This document shows, one piece after another, positions 10,337-21,050 of a DNA stretch of 52,784 nucleotides. Made by a program: the position numbers and the translations under genes. The number at the start of each line of letters is the position of its first letter. Positions within the stretch are counted from its first letter, which is position 1. The notes beneath the pieces are model-generated. The model saw only the letters and a program-made list of their open reading frames with translations, had not been told where the DNA came from and ran no database searches. This stretch comes from a virus (taxonomy: Duplodnaviria; Caudoviricetes): the IMG/VR virus record IMGVR_UViG_3300033446_000002, positions 1 through 52,784 of that record; one strand, 5' to 3'.

Positions 10337-10852
10337 TTAAGCCATGCTTTGATTCAATAGTTTCGAGTCTTTATCAATAACTTCTATTTTTTTATTAATA
10401 ATTTTTCTTTCTTTTGCTAATTTTTTGGCTGTTTTTCTGATAATTTTATCTAATTTTGCAGGTTCACCATGTATATTTGCAAATGATCCACCTTGTATCA
10501 GGTCTGGTTTATGGTCGGGGTCTCCTGCCTTCTTACCTTTATTATCCTTGCTTTTGTTGTTTTTCAAAAGTGTGTGAATTAATTTACCTTTTGTCACATT
10601 ATCAGGATGATCTTTCTTTAATGCTGCTAAATCAATCTTATTGTCTTTAATGTATTTAGGGTCAATCGCACCATATTTAGCACCCTTTTTTCTTGTGCCT
10701 TTTGCTTTCCCAGTTGGAAGAAGTCCAAGTCCTATCATTTTGCGAACCCATGCCCATCTACCTGCTTCATGGATAGGTTCATATTCACTATCATAATTTT
10801 CTTCTGAATATGCTTCATGAATATCCATGAAATAATTAATTTTTTCGTACAT
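10337..10852 (-). CDS. basic putative internal head protein with acidic propeptide
   Basis: two IHEA sites in acidic N-terminus, then Lys-rich body. Confidence 0.5.
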   Translation of the reverse strand: MYEKINYFMDIHEAYSEENYDSEYEPIHEAGRWAWVRKMIGLGLLPTGKAKGTRKKGAKYGAIDPKYIKDNKIDLAALKKDHPDNVTKGKLIHTLLKNNKSKDNKGKKAGDPDHKPDLIQGGSFANIHGEPAKLDKIIRKTAKKLAKERKIINKKIEVIDKDSKLLNQSMA

Positions 10853-10896
10853 TTTATTTTCCTTTTGTTAATTGTTTTGTTATATTAATAAAATAA

Positions 10897-11499
10897 CTAT
10901 TCATCTCTATCCATCATAATTATTGCTTTCGTTGTTTTAATTTGCTTTATATTTTCGCACTTAATTAAATCTTTTTTATTAATTTCAGTATCTAATGATA
11001 TTTTTTTATTATCTGGTACAATAAACATATCCATATCATGATTGATAATCCATTTAAACATAAATTCAGAAACAGCTATAGGAATATCATACCAATAATT
11101 TTTAGAATCTGTATGAATAAAAACAGCATTTCCACGCTTATTTTTAGATATTTTTAACGGGACGGTTTCTGAATATATTTCTTTTAACTCATCAAATCTC
11201 TCTTTGTAATCAGATTCTAATTCTTTAATATCATCATTATATTGAGTAGTTAAACTTTTGATTGTGTTTGGTTCGGCAGCAGAAATATCTTGCTCATATT
11301 GAGATTTTCTCTGTGCTATTTCTGTTTTTTTATCTGTTTTTAATTTGTTTACTTTTGCTGTATATTCTTTGTCGCTTTTCAAATCTACCGTAGGAATACT
11401 ATATTCTCTTATAAAATCTAAATCCATATAGATTTTCATGGGTATTAGCTTTCCAATATCCTCATTAATCAACAATAATAATCTATATGCACGCGACAT
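10897..11499 (-). CDS. leader-family protein (MSRAYRLLLLINE)
   Basis: 200 aa ORF, coiled coil. Confidence 0.55.
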   Translation of the reverse strand: MSRAYRLLLLINEDIGKLIPMKIYMDLDFIREYSIPTVDLKSDKEYTAKVNKLKTDKKTEIAQRKSQYEQDISAAEPNTIKSLTTQYNDDIKELESDYKERFDELKEIYSETVPLKISKNKRGNAVFIHTDSKNYWYDIPIAVSEFMFKWIINHDMDMFIVPDNKKISLDTEINKKDLIKCENIKQIKTTKAIIMMDRDE

Positions 11500-11501
11500 A
11501 A

Positions 11502-12341
11502 TTACCTACTTTTGGCAGCGAAACCTTGTTTTTTATCTGTTAAACCTACTGAATTAGCCAATCTATCAAGTTTTCTAACAGCATCTTGTATTGTTTGAGT
11601 AGGATCAATCACTCTAAACAATTGTTGTTCTATCATATCACGCAGTTTGGCATACACTTTACTATTCATTGCAATATGTTTAATTATTTCGTCTGGATTT
11701 AAAATACCATTAAAAAAACCATTAAAAAAATCATTAACTTCTAAATATCTACAGTTTTTAATATGTGGTAAATATAACGCAATAGTATTCGATGATTTAG
11801 CTCTTGGGATTAGGAATGTATTGGCTTTATATCCAGCCTGCCATTGGGCGTTAATCCATAATCTTATTGTTTCTATCGAAGCCTCAAAATTCTCATTTGA
11901 TAGAATTGTTTTATTTCTACTATGACCATCTCCATTTTGCGTGAACAAAGGATACATACCATTTCTACCACTTACAATTAAATTCATTTCATTGTTATCC
12001 AATAAACCCAAATCAGCACAAAGTGTAATTATTTGAAATGCAAAATGATTTACTACATTGTATGCTGTATAACCACTCAATAAATCTTCAATTATAGGTT
12101 TTACTTCTTTTCGTTTAATATTTGGCTTGTTTTTTATAAATGTATATATAGACTCATATTGCTGTTCGTAAGATGCACCAATAGTATCTGCTATTGCGCT
12201 TAACACATCGTCCATAAACACTTCATTGTTTTTAATGTATCTAGTGAAATCTCTTTTATTCAACATATCAACTTCATTATTAAGTATTATACTAGAGACA
12301 AATGCCTCATTTACTGTATCTAATAATTTTATAGCTCTCAT
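11502..12341 (-). CDS. leader-family protein (MRAIKLLDTVNEA)
   Basis: 279 aa ORF. Confidence 0.55.
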   Translation of the reverse strand: MRAIKLLDTVNEAFVSSIILNNEVDMLNKRDFTRYIKNNEVFMDDVLSAIADTIGASYEQQYESIYTFIKNKPNIKRKEVKPIIEDLLSGYTAYNVVNHFAFQIITLCADLGLLDNNEMNLIVSGRNGMYPLFTQNGDGHSRNKTILSNENFEASIETIRLWINAQWQAGYKANTFLIPRAKSSNTIALYLPHIKNCRYLEVNDFFNGFFNGILNPDEIIKHIAMNSKVYAKLRDMIEQQLFRVIDPTQTIQDAVRKLDRLANSVGLTDKKQGFAAKSR

Positions 12342-12394
12342 AACTCTCTCTATATTTTGTTTTTTTATAAATACATATTTGGATAAAAAATCCT

Positions 12395-12518
12395 GCTAGA
12401 ATCAATTACAACACTATAGTTATAATTGATTTTAATCGTTTCTCTGTGCGTTAAATCCTAACCGCTTGCGTGCTTTAGCGGTCGCCGCACGCAGTGGAAG
12501 GATAAACGCTTGTGAGAA
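12395..12518 (+). repeat. structured repeat copy A (core 12439-12518)
   Basis: TTTCTCTGTGCGTTAAATCCTAACC...GCACGCAGTGGAAGGATAAACGCTTGTGAGAA. Confidence 0.9.
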
Positions 12519-12537
12519 TATTGCTTTATTTAGTATT

Positions 12538-12795
12538 TTAAAATGATTTACTTAGCATCTCAAAATTATTTTGTAATAAAAAATTCTCAAATTCGTCAAG
12601 CACTTTATTTCTGTATTTAGAAAGAAGATGTGGTAAATTGTTCTCAGCTTCCTGTATCATCCTAATTCCTTCAAATATTTTCGTATATTTTGCTGATTTT
12701 GTCCATACAGCAGCCAACAAATATGATTCTGTGTGATAATTATTATCCACCATTTCATAAATAAGTTCCGCTATTTCCTCAACCGTTTTCTTCAT
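12538..12795 (-). CDS. hypothetical protein, possibly C-terminal part of a frameshifted gene starting at 12914
   Basis: 85 aa; weak likeness to 18852-19196. Confidence 0.55.
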   Translation of the reverse strand: MKKTVEEIAELIYEMVDNNYHTESYLLAAVWTKSAKYTKIFEGIRMIQEAENNLPHLLSKYRNKVLDEFENFLLQNNFEMLSKSF

Positions 12796-12914
12796 GTGTT
12801 TTTACAATCTTCTATATTTTCAGGGAATGATGTTTCTTCATTAATTCTTATTCTACTAACACTTACGTTTGCTTTACCTATATTTCTATTTATTTTTTGC
12901 GCTAATTTTGTCAT
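12792..12914 (-). CDS. 40-aa leader-type ORF (MTKLAQKINRNIG...RINEE)
   Basis: ATGA overlap with next ORF; leader similar to MATLAQRIISKINE. Confidence 0.45.
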   Translation of the reverse strand: MTKLAQKINRNIGKANVSVSRIRINEETSFPENIEDCKNT

Positions 12915-12960
12915 AATTTATTTTTTATATACATTTATAATGTAATTTTAAATGATTAAT

Positions 12961-13116
12961 TTCTCACAAGCGTTTATCCTTCCGTAGCGGGCGGAACAAA
13001 CGCAAGCACGCAGACGGTTAGGATTTGACGCATAAGAGAAAGGCTAGATTTGATTATAATATCTAAATGATAGATTTATACATCTAAATCATAAAATTGA
13101 TTCTAGCCCTGTTTTT
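12961..13116 (-). repeat. structured repeat copy B, inverted (core 12961-13041)
   Basis: reverse complement of copy A/C core plus outer flank AAAACAGGGCTAGAATCAATT. Confidence 0.9.
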
Positions 13117-13150
13117 ATTGCAATAACGGCATATACAATAAAATATCTGA

Positions 13151-13678
13151 TTATACTTTTTTCCAGTTAAACCACGCATATTCTATTGTCATTACGGGTT
13201 CAAAAGCCGCAGGACTATCACCTGCTTCTAAATCACCACCTTGATCCATATCTGTCATAATACAACGATGTAGCTCATATATTTGTTTTGGTTTATCTTG
13301 TTTATCCAATAAAGTCATGGTTATTTCACCAAATAATGCAGCATGTGCTACTCCTTGTATGCCAGTTACATCATTTTGTGTCCAGTTGTATATGTCATTA
13401 TGCCATTTCATCATAGTTTCAACGATGTCAGCAGTAACACTTTCAAAAAATGTTAAAGTAATACTACCATTTCTTTGAACTATACCCGGACCCGGAAAGG
13501 TATAACCATGAGCAACAACATCTATTTTTGCATGAGTGGATTTGGGTAATCCCATTGTTTTTGCACGCATTCTCAAACCTTCAGCGTTAGCAAATGGTGC
13601 GCCACTAAAAGTTACATCCCAATGAAATTTCGTTTGAACTTCAGCAATTTTATGTAATTGATCAGCCGTGTATTTCAT
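13151..13678 (-). CDS. tail tube protein (gp19-like)
   Basis: 175 aa directly after sheath; typical WDVTF, ITLTFFE, MTIEYAW. Confidence 0.85.
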   Translation of the reverse strand: MKYTADQLHKIAEVQTKFHWDVTFSGAPFANAEGLRMRAKTMGLPKSTHAKIDVVAHGYTFPGPGIVQRNGSITLTFFESVTADIVETMMKWHNDIYNWTQNDVTGIQGVAHAALFGEITMTLLDKQDKPKQIYELHRCIMTDMDQGGDLEAGDSPAAFEPVMTIEYAWFNWKKV

Positions 13679-13690
13679 ATTCCTATATTC

Positions 13691-16600
13691 CTATATTCTA
13701 ACTTCATTAAAATTTGCGCCAGTTCTTGTTATTACAATTCGTGCTGTTATAAATTCCGCTGTTTTAATGGGTTGTAAATATATATCAACATACATTTGAT
13801 TTCTATCAATAATAGCAGGCGTATTATTTGTTTCATCACAAACAACATTATAATCATATAAACCACGTCTAGTTTTAATATCTTGTAAGAATATATTAAG
13901 GTCTGAACGCATTTTATTTCTTGTAAAATCATCGTTAAATTTAAAAACTTGATATTCGAGATAATCTCTAGCACCACGTTCAATAACAATTAACAAAAAT
14001 CTCACGTTTATTCTATCTAAAGCACTTGGTTTTGTTTGTAATGTTTTTTGACCCCAAATAACCAAACCCTTATTAGGCGCAAATCTTATTGTATTTATTT
14101 GATTATCATATAAAATATCACGCTCGCCTAGTGTATATCTACGAAATACATCTAAAGCAACGACACGCCCATGATCCCAACCTGCGGGTGCATACCACAA
14201 TTCCCTATTAGTAGAAATATATGAAATAGCACGAGATGCCCATGACTCAGGTGAAATCCAAATTTCAAAATCATTATACTTATCGTAAATTTTCGTCCAC
14301 GGGGTATAAATAGCACCATAAGAAGAATTAATCATTAATTCACTACGATATTTCAATACACCCAAAACAATATCTGGATTTGCTTGTGCATCAAAATCCA
14401 TTGACAATAAAGCAAAACAGTCTTGTCTTTTTTCGCAAATTTCAACAATTCTTTGTTGATAAGCCTTTGCTGTAACACCACTATCTAAAAACACAAGATA
14501 ATCACATTGTTCAGCATCTTGAAAAACAGAGTCCAATGCTATTAAATATTGACCAATTGTCGGATATCCTGCATCATTTCCGCCTGTAGCTTTATTAGCA
14601 CCTGCATCTCTAATTACATACGAATTACCAAGTAATTCTATTGTTGCATTTAAAGATACTTTTGGTAATATCGAACCGTTAATCCTTTCTAAATTATAAT
14701 TTGTATAAATTCTTGCATTTTCTTGTTTGATTATTGCTGTAATATTACTAGAAATATTTATTGTAAAATCAACACCCGCAACTTTAGCGTGTAGAAGTAG
14801 TTTTGTTCCTACGACATTAGCTGTTACACGGCTTGTAGTATCTGCATTAATTACACCTGCTATTCCCTGTAAAATGCTCGATATTGTTGAATTATCTTGA
14901 CCGGTATAACTGTATGTTTTACTATAATTAGTATAGGTAGTGCCTTTTATAATTATTTCATAAATTTCAGCGTTTGCCGCAACCAATGATAGTTCATAAA
15001 TCTTCGCACGATTAAAATATTGTTTTAATGGCGAATTGATGGGAATGTATCTATCCATTGGAGGTAAATAATCCATGCCTAAATATACTGGAGTTTGTAA
15101 TACAATAGTATCTAACGCACCTTCAGCTATACTAGGTGCAATAGTTGCTATTTTATATGTAGTTCCATTAATTTCTACTGGTTTTGTGACATCAATATTT
15201 ACAACTTCTTCAGTGTTAATTCTAATTCTATTATCGCCATCCCAAACAGATTCTACAATTGTAGCGTTTTTATTATAATTTGGTATTTTTGAAGGTTGTC
15301 TTATATAATATAAAGTTTTCAACGGCTCTACAGGTTCACCATTTTCATCAGTCATAAATTCATTGTTTTTAACACGAATATATGATGATTGTTGATTAAC
15401 CTTGTCTTCTAAAAACAATTGCCGACCATATCCATCTCTACTTTGCTTTCTGGCAACCTCCCATTCTTCAACTAAAATACCATCAAAATAAACATCAATC
15501 CAAAATGCTTCTTCATAATTTTTGCTATCTCTAACTGCAATTGCTAATTTATTACCCCATTCACCCGGAGTATTAGCATAAACCATAAAAGCATCATGAT
15601 GTTCAAAATCGCCTTTTACTACTTTATAAACTTCATTACCAATTGTTGCAGATATTTGATCTGCATATAACTTGTCAACTGTAATTGTATTCACATAATT
15701 GTGGGTTTGCCACTTAGATAATACCTTATATTGCGTATTATTTATTTCAATCCAATCCTCTTCTGCAATAGGATCGTTATTTGAAATTCTTATTGTATCA
15801 GTTGTACCCGGTATCAATTCTTTGGCTTTAACAATAGGTATGTAATTTGTAACCTGAGTGGATTTTAATTTTACATTTGTGCCTTTTGGAATATCAACAC
15901 CAATCTGAGAAGTAAACGAGATACTCTTATAATCAACTATTTGTTTTAAACCTGCAATAGATTTAAAACTATATGTAAATGGGACTCCAGCAACCTTAGC
16001 TTCAATAACTAAATTATTAGTATTTATTGTTGCAGTAACATCGGCATCACCCGACATTGCAGTCACAATTGCATTAATAATCGCTGTTCTCGTAGCATTG
16101 TTTTCTGATGTAATTGTATAATCATTTCCGTTGATTGTGATAGTATATTTAACATTTGATATTACATCTGGATATAATGTTATTTTTTGAGCAACACTCG
16201 CTCCTTCATTGGAGCTATCAATTATATTAGTGACATGCCATTTAGAAACAATAGGATTATTTAATAAAATTGTTTTTGGAGATGCAGTAGGATTAAATTC
16301 TGATACAATGTATGATTGATCATCTATTGATACTCTTAATCCAACAGTAATCGGTGCTAAATCATCTGTTGTTGTAATAACTGGAGAGCCATCAACACCA
16401 TTTATATTAATATCTGTGTTAAAATTTTCAGTAAAGATGACCGGAGTTATAGATGAAACTGTTAATTCATTAGAGCCATCAACACCAAATTTTAATTTAG
16501 AATTAACAACTATAGAATTATGTAGTGTTTTGGAATATATAAGAGAATCAGTAGAGACTGCTAACTTATCTGCATAGGTTATAGGAGATGTATTTAGATA

Positions 16601-17305
16601 GTAATGTCTAACAGCTTTAATTTCACTGTCATACGCCACTGCGTTTATTGCACCATCAATTCTTATGAAATCATACGGTGTTAAAACAGTATCTTTTTGA
16701 ATAACTGTATATGTTTGATAAATCATAGATTCTTCACGCGACATATCAGTAGTATCTTTAAATGTGACGCTATCACCTATTTCTATTGGTGCTGTGTTAT
16801 CAATATTAAATACATTGTCTCCTTCATACGGCTTATCTAATAATGCGATTGGAGGTAAGTACGAGCTAACTTCTCTGGTGGTTGGATATTGTGAAAATTG
16901 AAAACCTTCAATTTGTTCTGCTGTTAAAGACCCTAGCGGTTGAACTATCGGATCAATAACAGGATTTTCCAAAATATAACCATATTCATCAAACTCTGAA
17001 ATTGGATTTATCTTAGAACGTACTAATAATGATGAGTATGTTTGCCCTTTATCAACTCTAACAACATATAATTTATTACTTTCTTTCAAGAAATTTATTG
17101 CACTATAGATACCTAAACCGTATTTTTTTGGTAGTGGCTTTCCATAATTGTCAATTAGTTGTTTTTCATTGGTAACTAACATCTTATCATTAACTTTGCC
17201 TCGTTCAGAGTCAATAATAATTGCACCAATAACACCATTAAACGTGCTTACAACTTCAGATAGGTCGTATTCTTGAATATATACATTAGGTGAACCCATT
17301 CCCAT
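13691..17305 (-). CDS. tail sheath protein (gp18-like), enlarged
   Basis: SPNVYIQEYDLS start; WYAPAG, WGQKTL, RINVRFL, CDETNNT C-terminus. Confidence 0.95.
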   Translation of the reverse strand: MGMGSPNVYIQEYDLSEVVSTFNGVIGAIIIDSERGKVNDKMLVTNEKQLIDNYGKPLPKKYGLGIYSAINFLKESNKLYVVRVDKGQTYSSLLVRSKINPISEFDEYGYILENPVIDPIVQPLGSLTAEQIEGFQFSQYPTTREVSSYLPPIALLDKPYEGDNVFNIDNTAPIEIGDSVTFKDTTDMSREESMIYQTYTVIQKDTVLTPYDFIRIDGAINAVAYDSEIKAVRHYYLNTSPITYADKLAVSTDSLIYSKTLHNSIVVNSKLKFGVDGSNELTVSSITPVIFTENFNTDININGVDGSPVITTTDDLAPITVGLRVSIDDQSYIVSEFNPTASPKTILLNNPIVSKWHVTNIIDSSNEGASVAQKITLYPDVISNVKYTITINGNDYTITSENNATRTAIINAIVTAMSGDADVTATINTNNLVIEAKVAGVPFTYSFKSIAGLKQIVDYKSISFTSQIGVDIPKGTNVKLKSTQVTNYIPIVKAKELIPGTTDTIRISNNDPIAEEDWIEINNTQYKVLSKWQTHNYVNTITVDKLYADQISATIGNEVYKVVKGDFEHHDAFMVYANTPGEWGNKLAIAVRDSKNYEEAFWIDVYFDGILVEEWEVARKQSRDGYGRQLFLEDKVNQQSSYIRVKNNEFMTDENGEPVEPLKTLYYIRQPSKIPNYNKNATIVESVWDGDNRIRINTEEVVNIDVTKPVEINGTTYKIATIAPSIAEGALDTIVLQTPVYLGMDYLPPMDRYIPINSPLKQYFNRAKIYELSLVAANAEIYEIIIKGTTYTNYSKTYSYTGQDNSTISSILQGIAGVINADTTSRVTANVVGTKLLLHAKVAGVDFTINISSNITAIIKQENARIYTNYNLERINGSILPKVSLNATIELLGNSYVIRDAGANKATGGNDAGYPTIGQYLIALDSVFQDAEQCDYLVFLDSGVTAKAYQQRIVEICEKRQDCFALLSMDFDAQANPDIVLGVLKYRSELMINSSYGAIYTPWTKIYDKYNDFEIWISPESWASRAISYISTNRELWYAPAGWDHGRVVALDVFRRYTLGERDILYDNQINTIRFAPNKGLVIWGQKTLQTKPSALDRINVRFLLIVIERGARDYLEYQVFKFNDDFTRNKMRSDLNIFLQDIKTRRGLYDYNVVCDETNNTPAIIDRNQMYVDIYLQPIKTAEFITARIVITRTGANFNEVRI

Positions 17306-17309
17306 AGTA

Positions 17310-17504
17310 TTATCCCTTTATTTTAAACTGCAATTTTGTATTCTTCAATTTCTCTATTTGAGCATCTGTAAGTTTTAAAGTCATAGTGCCTTTAGGTGGC
17401 ACAACTATTGTATCTCTTTCATCAATAGACATAGGTAAATACGTTGGAGAATTATTTGTATTTACTATTTCAACTAATTTAATTATTTGGTTATTCATAA
17501 TCAT
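17310..17504 (-). CDS. small hypothetical virion protein
   Basis: 64 aa, in operon. Confidence 0.5.
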   Translation of the reverse strand: MIMNNQIIKLVEIVNTNNSPTYLPMSIDERDTIVVPPKGTMTLKLTDAQIEKLKNTKLQFKIKG

Positions 17505-18271
17505 TCATCCAGCGTAAAACGAGATATAATTACATTTACATCTCTAATTTTTTTATTGTCAATTCTTGTGATTTTACCTTCCTCATCTAATATATATTCT
17601 GTATTGAAAGTTGATATATAATTATCAAGGCAATACAATTCTTTTGTGCTATCAGTTACAAAGAAATTTGTTTTTATATTTAATAATCTAGGATACATAT
17701 AACTTTCAGGCGATATAAATATACCCTGAATATCTACAGAGAAATCACATGACCAAAAAGCACCATATTTATTAAAATCAACTAATTCAAAACTACTGAT
17801 ATCAGGAAAATTCAAATTATACACAAGTTTTATTGTATCAATTGTATCTTCAAGTTGAACTGAAATCTCTATATCAGTATTTCTGCGTAACTTTATTGCG
17901 TGAAGTATTTCAAATACTTCATTTACTTCCCTATAATTAGTAATCAACTTATAATTTAATGTAATTTTTCCAAAAACAAATTCTTTTAATTGCGCTGTCT
18001 TTATATCGTTTTTGGAAATAGCATACATTTTTTCGGTTGAATGTCTAAATAATTCATTACCAGTAAAAGGACTTCTGTTATATAACAGATAAACCCTGCC
18101 ATCTTTATTATTTAATAATTTAATATTCTGTTGATTTGTTGTTTCAAATAATTTTGGAATATCATTATTAGGGTCTAATGAAGGACTAAAATAAGGGTAG
18201 ATAAAAAAATAGTCCTTAAATAAATTGATTAAACAATTATTTAAAGACTTGGTAATTACATCAGTTATCAT
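17501..18271 (-). CDS. putative tail terminator/neck protein (gp15-like)
   Basis: 256 aa immediately upstream of sheath. Confidence 0.45.
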   Translation of the reverse strand: MITDVITKSLNNCLINLFKDYFFIYPYFSPSLDPNNDIPKLFETTNQQNIKLLNNKDGRVYLLYNRSPFTGNELFRHSTEKMYAISKNDIKTAQLKEFVFGKITLNYKLITNYREVNEVFEILHAIKLRRNTDIEISVQLEDTIDTIKLVYNLNFPDISSFELVDFNKYGAFWSCDFSVDIQGIFISPESYMYPRLLNIKTNFFVTDSTKELYCLDNYISTFNTEYILDEEGKITRIDNKKIRDVNVIISRFTLDE

Positions 18272-18843
18272 TTTTCTATTATTCTCGAAATAAACAAAGG
18301 TCGATTGGACTCGCTATCAACACTGTTTAATTCTGGTTTTTTCTCAAATTGATTTATTTCAACTTGACTTGATAAATTCGTTACTATTTCATCATGAGAA
18401 ATCTCTGTCTCTGAAAGAGCATCATTATGATTAACCACACTATTTGTCAATGTGTATGTGGTAAGTACATATTTATAAAAATACACTTCGTCATTATCTA
18501 CTATCTTTTGAATGTTATTAACTTGATAATTTTGTATTTTTTGACTCAAACGCAGAGCAATAAGTGAGCCTATTGGAAACTCTAGTGTTGAATATATAGC
18601 ATTTTCATCGTCAATTGGGGTAAATGGTAATATTGATAGATTGGTACTTTTATTTTTAAATACACTATTAATTAATACTTTGCCCTCGTAATCGGGTGTA
18701 TCATTATAATTAATTAAATCATAATCAGCCCGAATTGTTACCATGTTGACAGGAAAATAAACACTTGTCATTGTTCCGTATATTTCAATACAATATAGTA
18801 GATTTGATCTGGATACCCTATTTGCACTTTGTGAAAAATACAT
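18268..18843 (-). CDS. putative head-tail adaptor (gp14-like)
   Basis: IEIYG...YFP motif; synteny. Confidence 0.45.
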   Translation of the reverse strand: MYFSQSANRVSRSNLLYCIEIYGTMTSVYFPVNMVTIRADYDLINYNDTPDYEGKVLINSVFKNKSTNLSILPFTPIDDENAIYSTLEFPIGSLIALRLSQKIQNYQVNNIQKIVDNDEVYFYKYVLTTYTLTNSVVNHNDALSETEISHDEIVTNLSSQVEINQFEKKPELNSVDSESNRPLFISRIIEK

Positions 18844-18851
18844 ATAAAATA

Positions 18852-19196
18852 TTAATGATAATTTATGTAATTCTTACAAAGTTCATTACCAAATTTCTTT
18901 TTAGCTACTTTCACCATTTGAGCGAAAATCTCATTAGCTTTATTATGTTGTTCCATATTTAAACCACCATTATTTTCTCTTGCATCTCTTATTAAACTCA
19001 ATTGTTTTAACATATTACTTACATCTTCATTGTATTGAAGTAAAAATTTAGCAACCTCAATATATGCTGTCAGTTTATCACCATTCATATACAGTGGACT
19101 TGTTTTCTTCTTTAACTCAGCTAATCCTTTTCTTTGCACTTTATCAGGTTCAGCTTCATTTATTTTGCTTATTATTCTTTGTGCTAATGTTGCCAT
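18852..19196 (-). CDS. leader-family protein (MATLAQRIISKINEA)
   Basis: 114 aa. Confidence 0.6.
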   Translation of the reverse strand: MATLAQRIISKINEAEPDKVQRKGLAELKKKTSPLYMNGDKLTAYIEVAKFLLQYNEDVSNMLKQLSLIRDARENNGGLNMEQHNKANEIFAQMVKVAKKKFGNELCKNYINYH

Positions 19197-19467
19197 TGTT
19201 ATTTTCCTTTGATTAATATTTTTTAATTTAATGATGAAAATAAATTTTGTACAGTTTTATTTCTTAAATTTTCATCTTTAATTAGATTGCATAAAGATAT
19301 TAATAGTAAAATGCCTTTATCGTCACCTTCTTCTTTGTAATGCCTTAAATTCTTTCTTATATTAGATGCTACCTGTACGTCGATATCCATAATTTAATAT
19401 CACATTATTATGATAAATAGAACCAATTTTATTATTTAAATTTATAATATTGATTCTAATATTTAAA

Positions 19468-19965
19468 TCAATTTAACAAACCTGACTTTTTCGCTTTCCT
19501 CCGACCCAACACTTGTTTTCTTCTAAAGAAATAATGTTCCATAGAGCTATCATCGCCTGCTTCACGCTTACCAACGTTAAACAGTCGGGAAGAAACTAAT
19601 TTCATTTGTCCATCCTCTATTGCATCAAACTTGTCATCTAAAAACGTTTTGGAATTAATTAATTCTTGAATAACTTCATTTGGTTTCCTCTTGGGGTATT
19701 CAAAGTCGTTATCATTCAACTGTTTTAAAAAAAGCGATGGATTATTTTGAATTTCGCATAATTTATCTTTGCAATATACCAAAACCACATCCTCATTATC
19801 TTTTATACCTGCATACAAGGTTGCGTTTCGTGGCATTTGTTTTTTAATTTTGCCGACTTGTATTTTCACTTTTTGAGGTACTGTAATTTCATAACCACCT
19901 ACAGAAAACATTAATTTTTCTTCATTAATACTAAGCAAATTAATAATATTTCTCGCTAACGACAT
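19468..19965 (-). CDS. leader-family protein C', paralog of 21051-21509
   Basis: shared ATLYAGI...LVYCKD.LCEIQ.NPS. Confidence 0.75.
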   Translation of the reverse strand: MSLARNIINLLSINEEKLMFSVGGYEITVPQKVKIQVGKIKKQMPRNATLYAGIKDNEDVVLVYCKDKLCEIQNNPSLFLKQLNDNDFEYPKRKPNEVIQELINSKTFLDDKFDAIEDGQMKLVSSRLFNVGKREAGDDSSMEHYFFRRKQVLGRRKAKKSGLLN

Positions 19966-20004
19966 AACTTCTCCATATATTGTTTATGGTTTATGGTTTT
20001 TATA

Positions 20005-20478
20005 TTACATTAATTTTTCAAAGAGCTTTTCACCTGTTACATAAAATATTTGACTTTTATCGCAGTGTTTCATTATGGTATTAAACGTTTTTTCTGGTGT
20101 GTTTTCTGGTTTAAATTCTTGATAGTAACTACCCCAACGATACTCAAATGGGTTATGACCATTCACGTTATACTCCTTTATAAGTTTATTAAAATTTTTC
20201 GTATCTGTATAAACACAAGAATATAATCCAGAACCACTATCTTTACCACAAAAAGCAACAGCAATAGGATTCGTTTCACTACAACCATAAATAATATATG
20301 CAGTCAAACCCTTTTTTTTACCACATTCTGTTTCTGCTTTGTTAAAAGCATTTATACCTTTTATTCCGAATTCCTTTTTTGTACCATCAATTGCTGTTTT
20401 TATTTCTGTTTTTGCTTCATTAATAGTATATCCATCATCATTATTAATTATTCTAATAATATTACTTGCTAACGACAT
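20005..20478 (-). CDS. leader-family protein B' (MSLASNIIRIINNDDGYTINEA)
   Basis: 157 aa. Confidence 0.7.
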   Translation of the reverse strand: MSLASNIIRIINNDDGYTINEAKTEIKTAIDGTKKEFGIKGINAFNKAETECGKKKGLTAYIIYGCSETNPIAVAFCGKDSGSGLYSCVYTDTKNFNKLIKEYNVNGHNPFEYRWGSYYQEFKPENTPEKTFNTIMKHCDKSQIFYVTGEKLFEKLM

Positions 20479-20553
20479 AAATTCCCTATATATTATTTAT
20501 TAATTTTTAAGATCATATTGCAAAAGTTGGTTTTCTATGACTATCTATCAACA

Positions 20554-20975
20554 CTAAGTGGCTTGATAATTCTTGCATATCTCAATGATGGTATTTTTGA
20601 GATATGATTTCATTCTTTTCAACCCTAAATCGTTTAATTTTACATCACCTTTAGTAGTCATGTAACTGCTATTACCGAATAATATCGAGTAAATCTCCCA
20701 ACATAATCGCATCATTTCTTCTGTACTGCTGACATCTCGTAATTTCTTTACCCCATCTTGTGGTAAATGATTAACTAGATTGATGCAATCTTGCAGATAT
20801 TTCAATTTCTGTTTCGTAAATTTAATATCCATTAAAAAAACTTTTCACATATATCTTTAAATGCGTGACTTCTGGTTTTGATAAACATATCCTTCACATA
20901 AAATGGTGATGGTATGGTTTTTTCAGTGTTATCTTCATTATTAATTATTCTAATAATATTTCCTGCTAACGACAT
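20554..20975 (-). pseudogene. leader-family protein A', split by a frameshift at a T7 run (20832-20975 plus 20554-20832)
   Basis: adding one T gives KDICEKFFLMDIKF, collinear with paralog KDILTIFFSLDDKY (22098-22520). Confidence 0.7.
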
Positions 20976-21050
20976 AGTTTTTCCAATATATTATTTATTA
21001 TAAATCATTATGCTTCATATAATTTAATCTATATCACTACCAACGTAGAA

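Noticed and set aside
19225-19390. 37-aa ORF MDIDVQ... possibly frameshifted
   Set aside because: No paralog to confirm; too short to support
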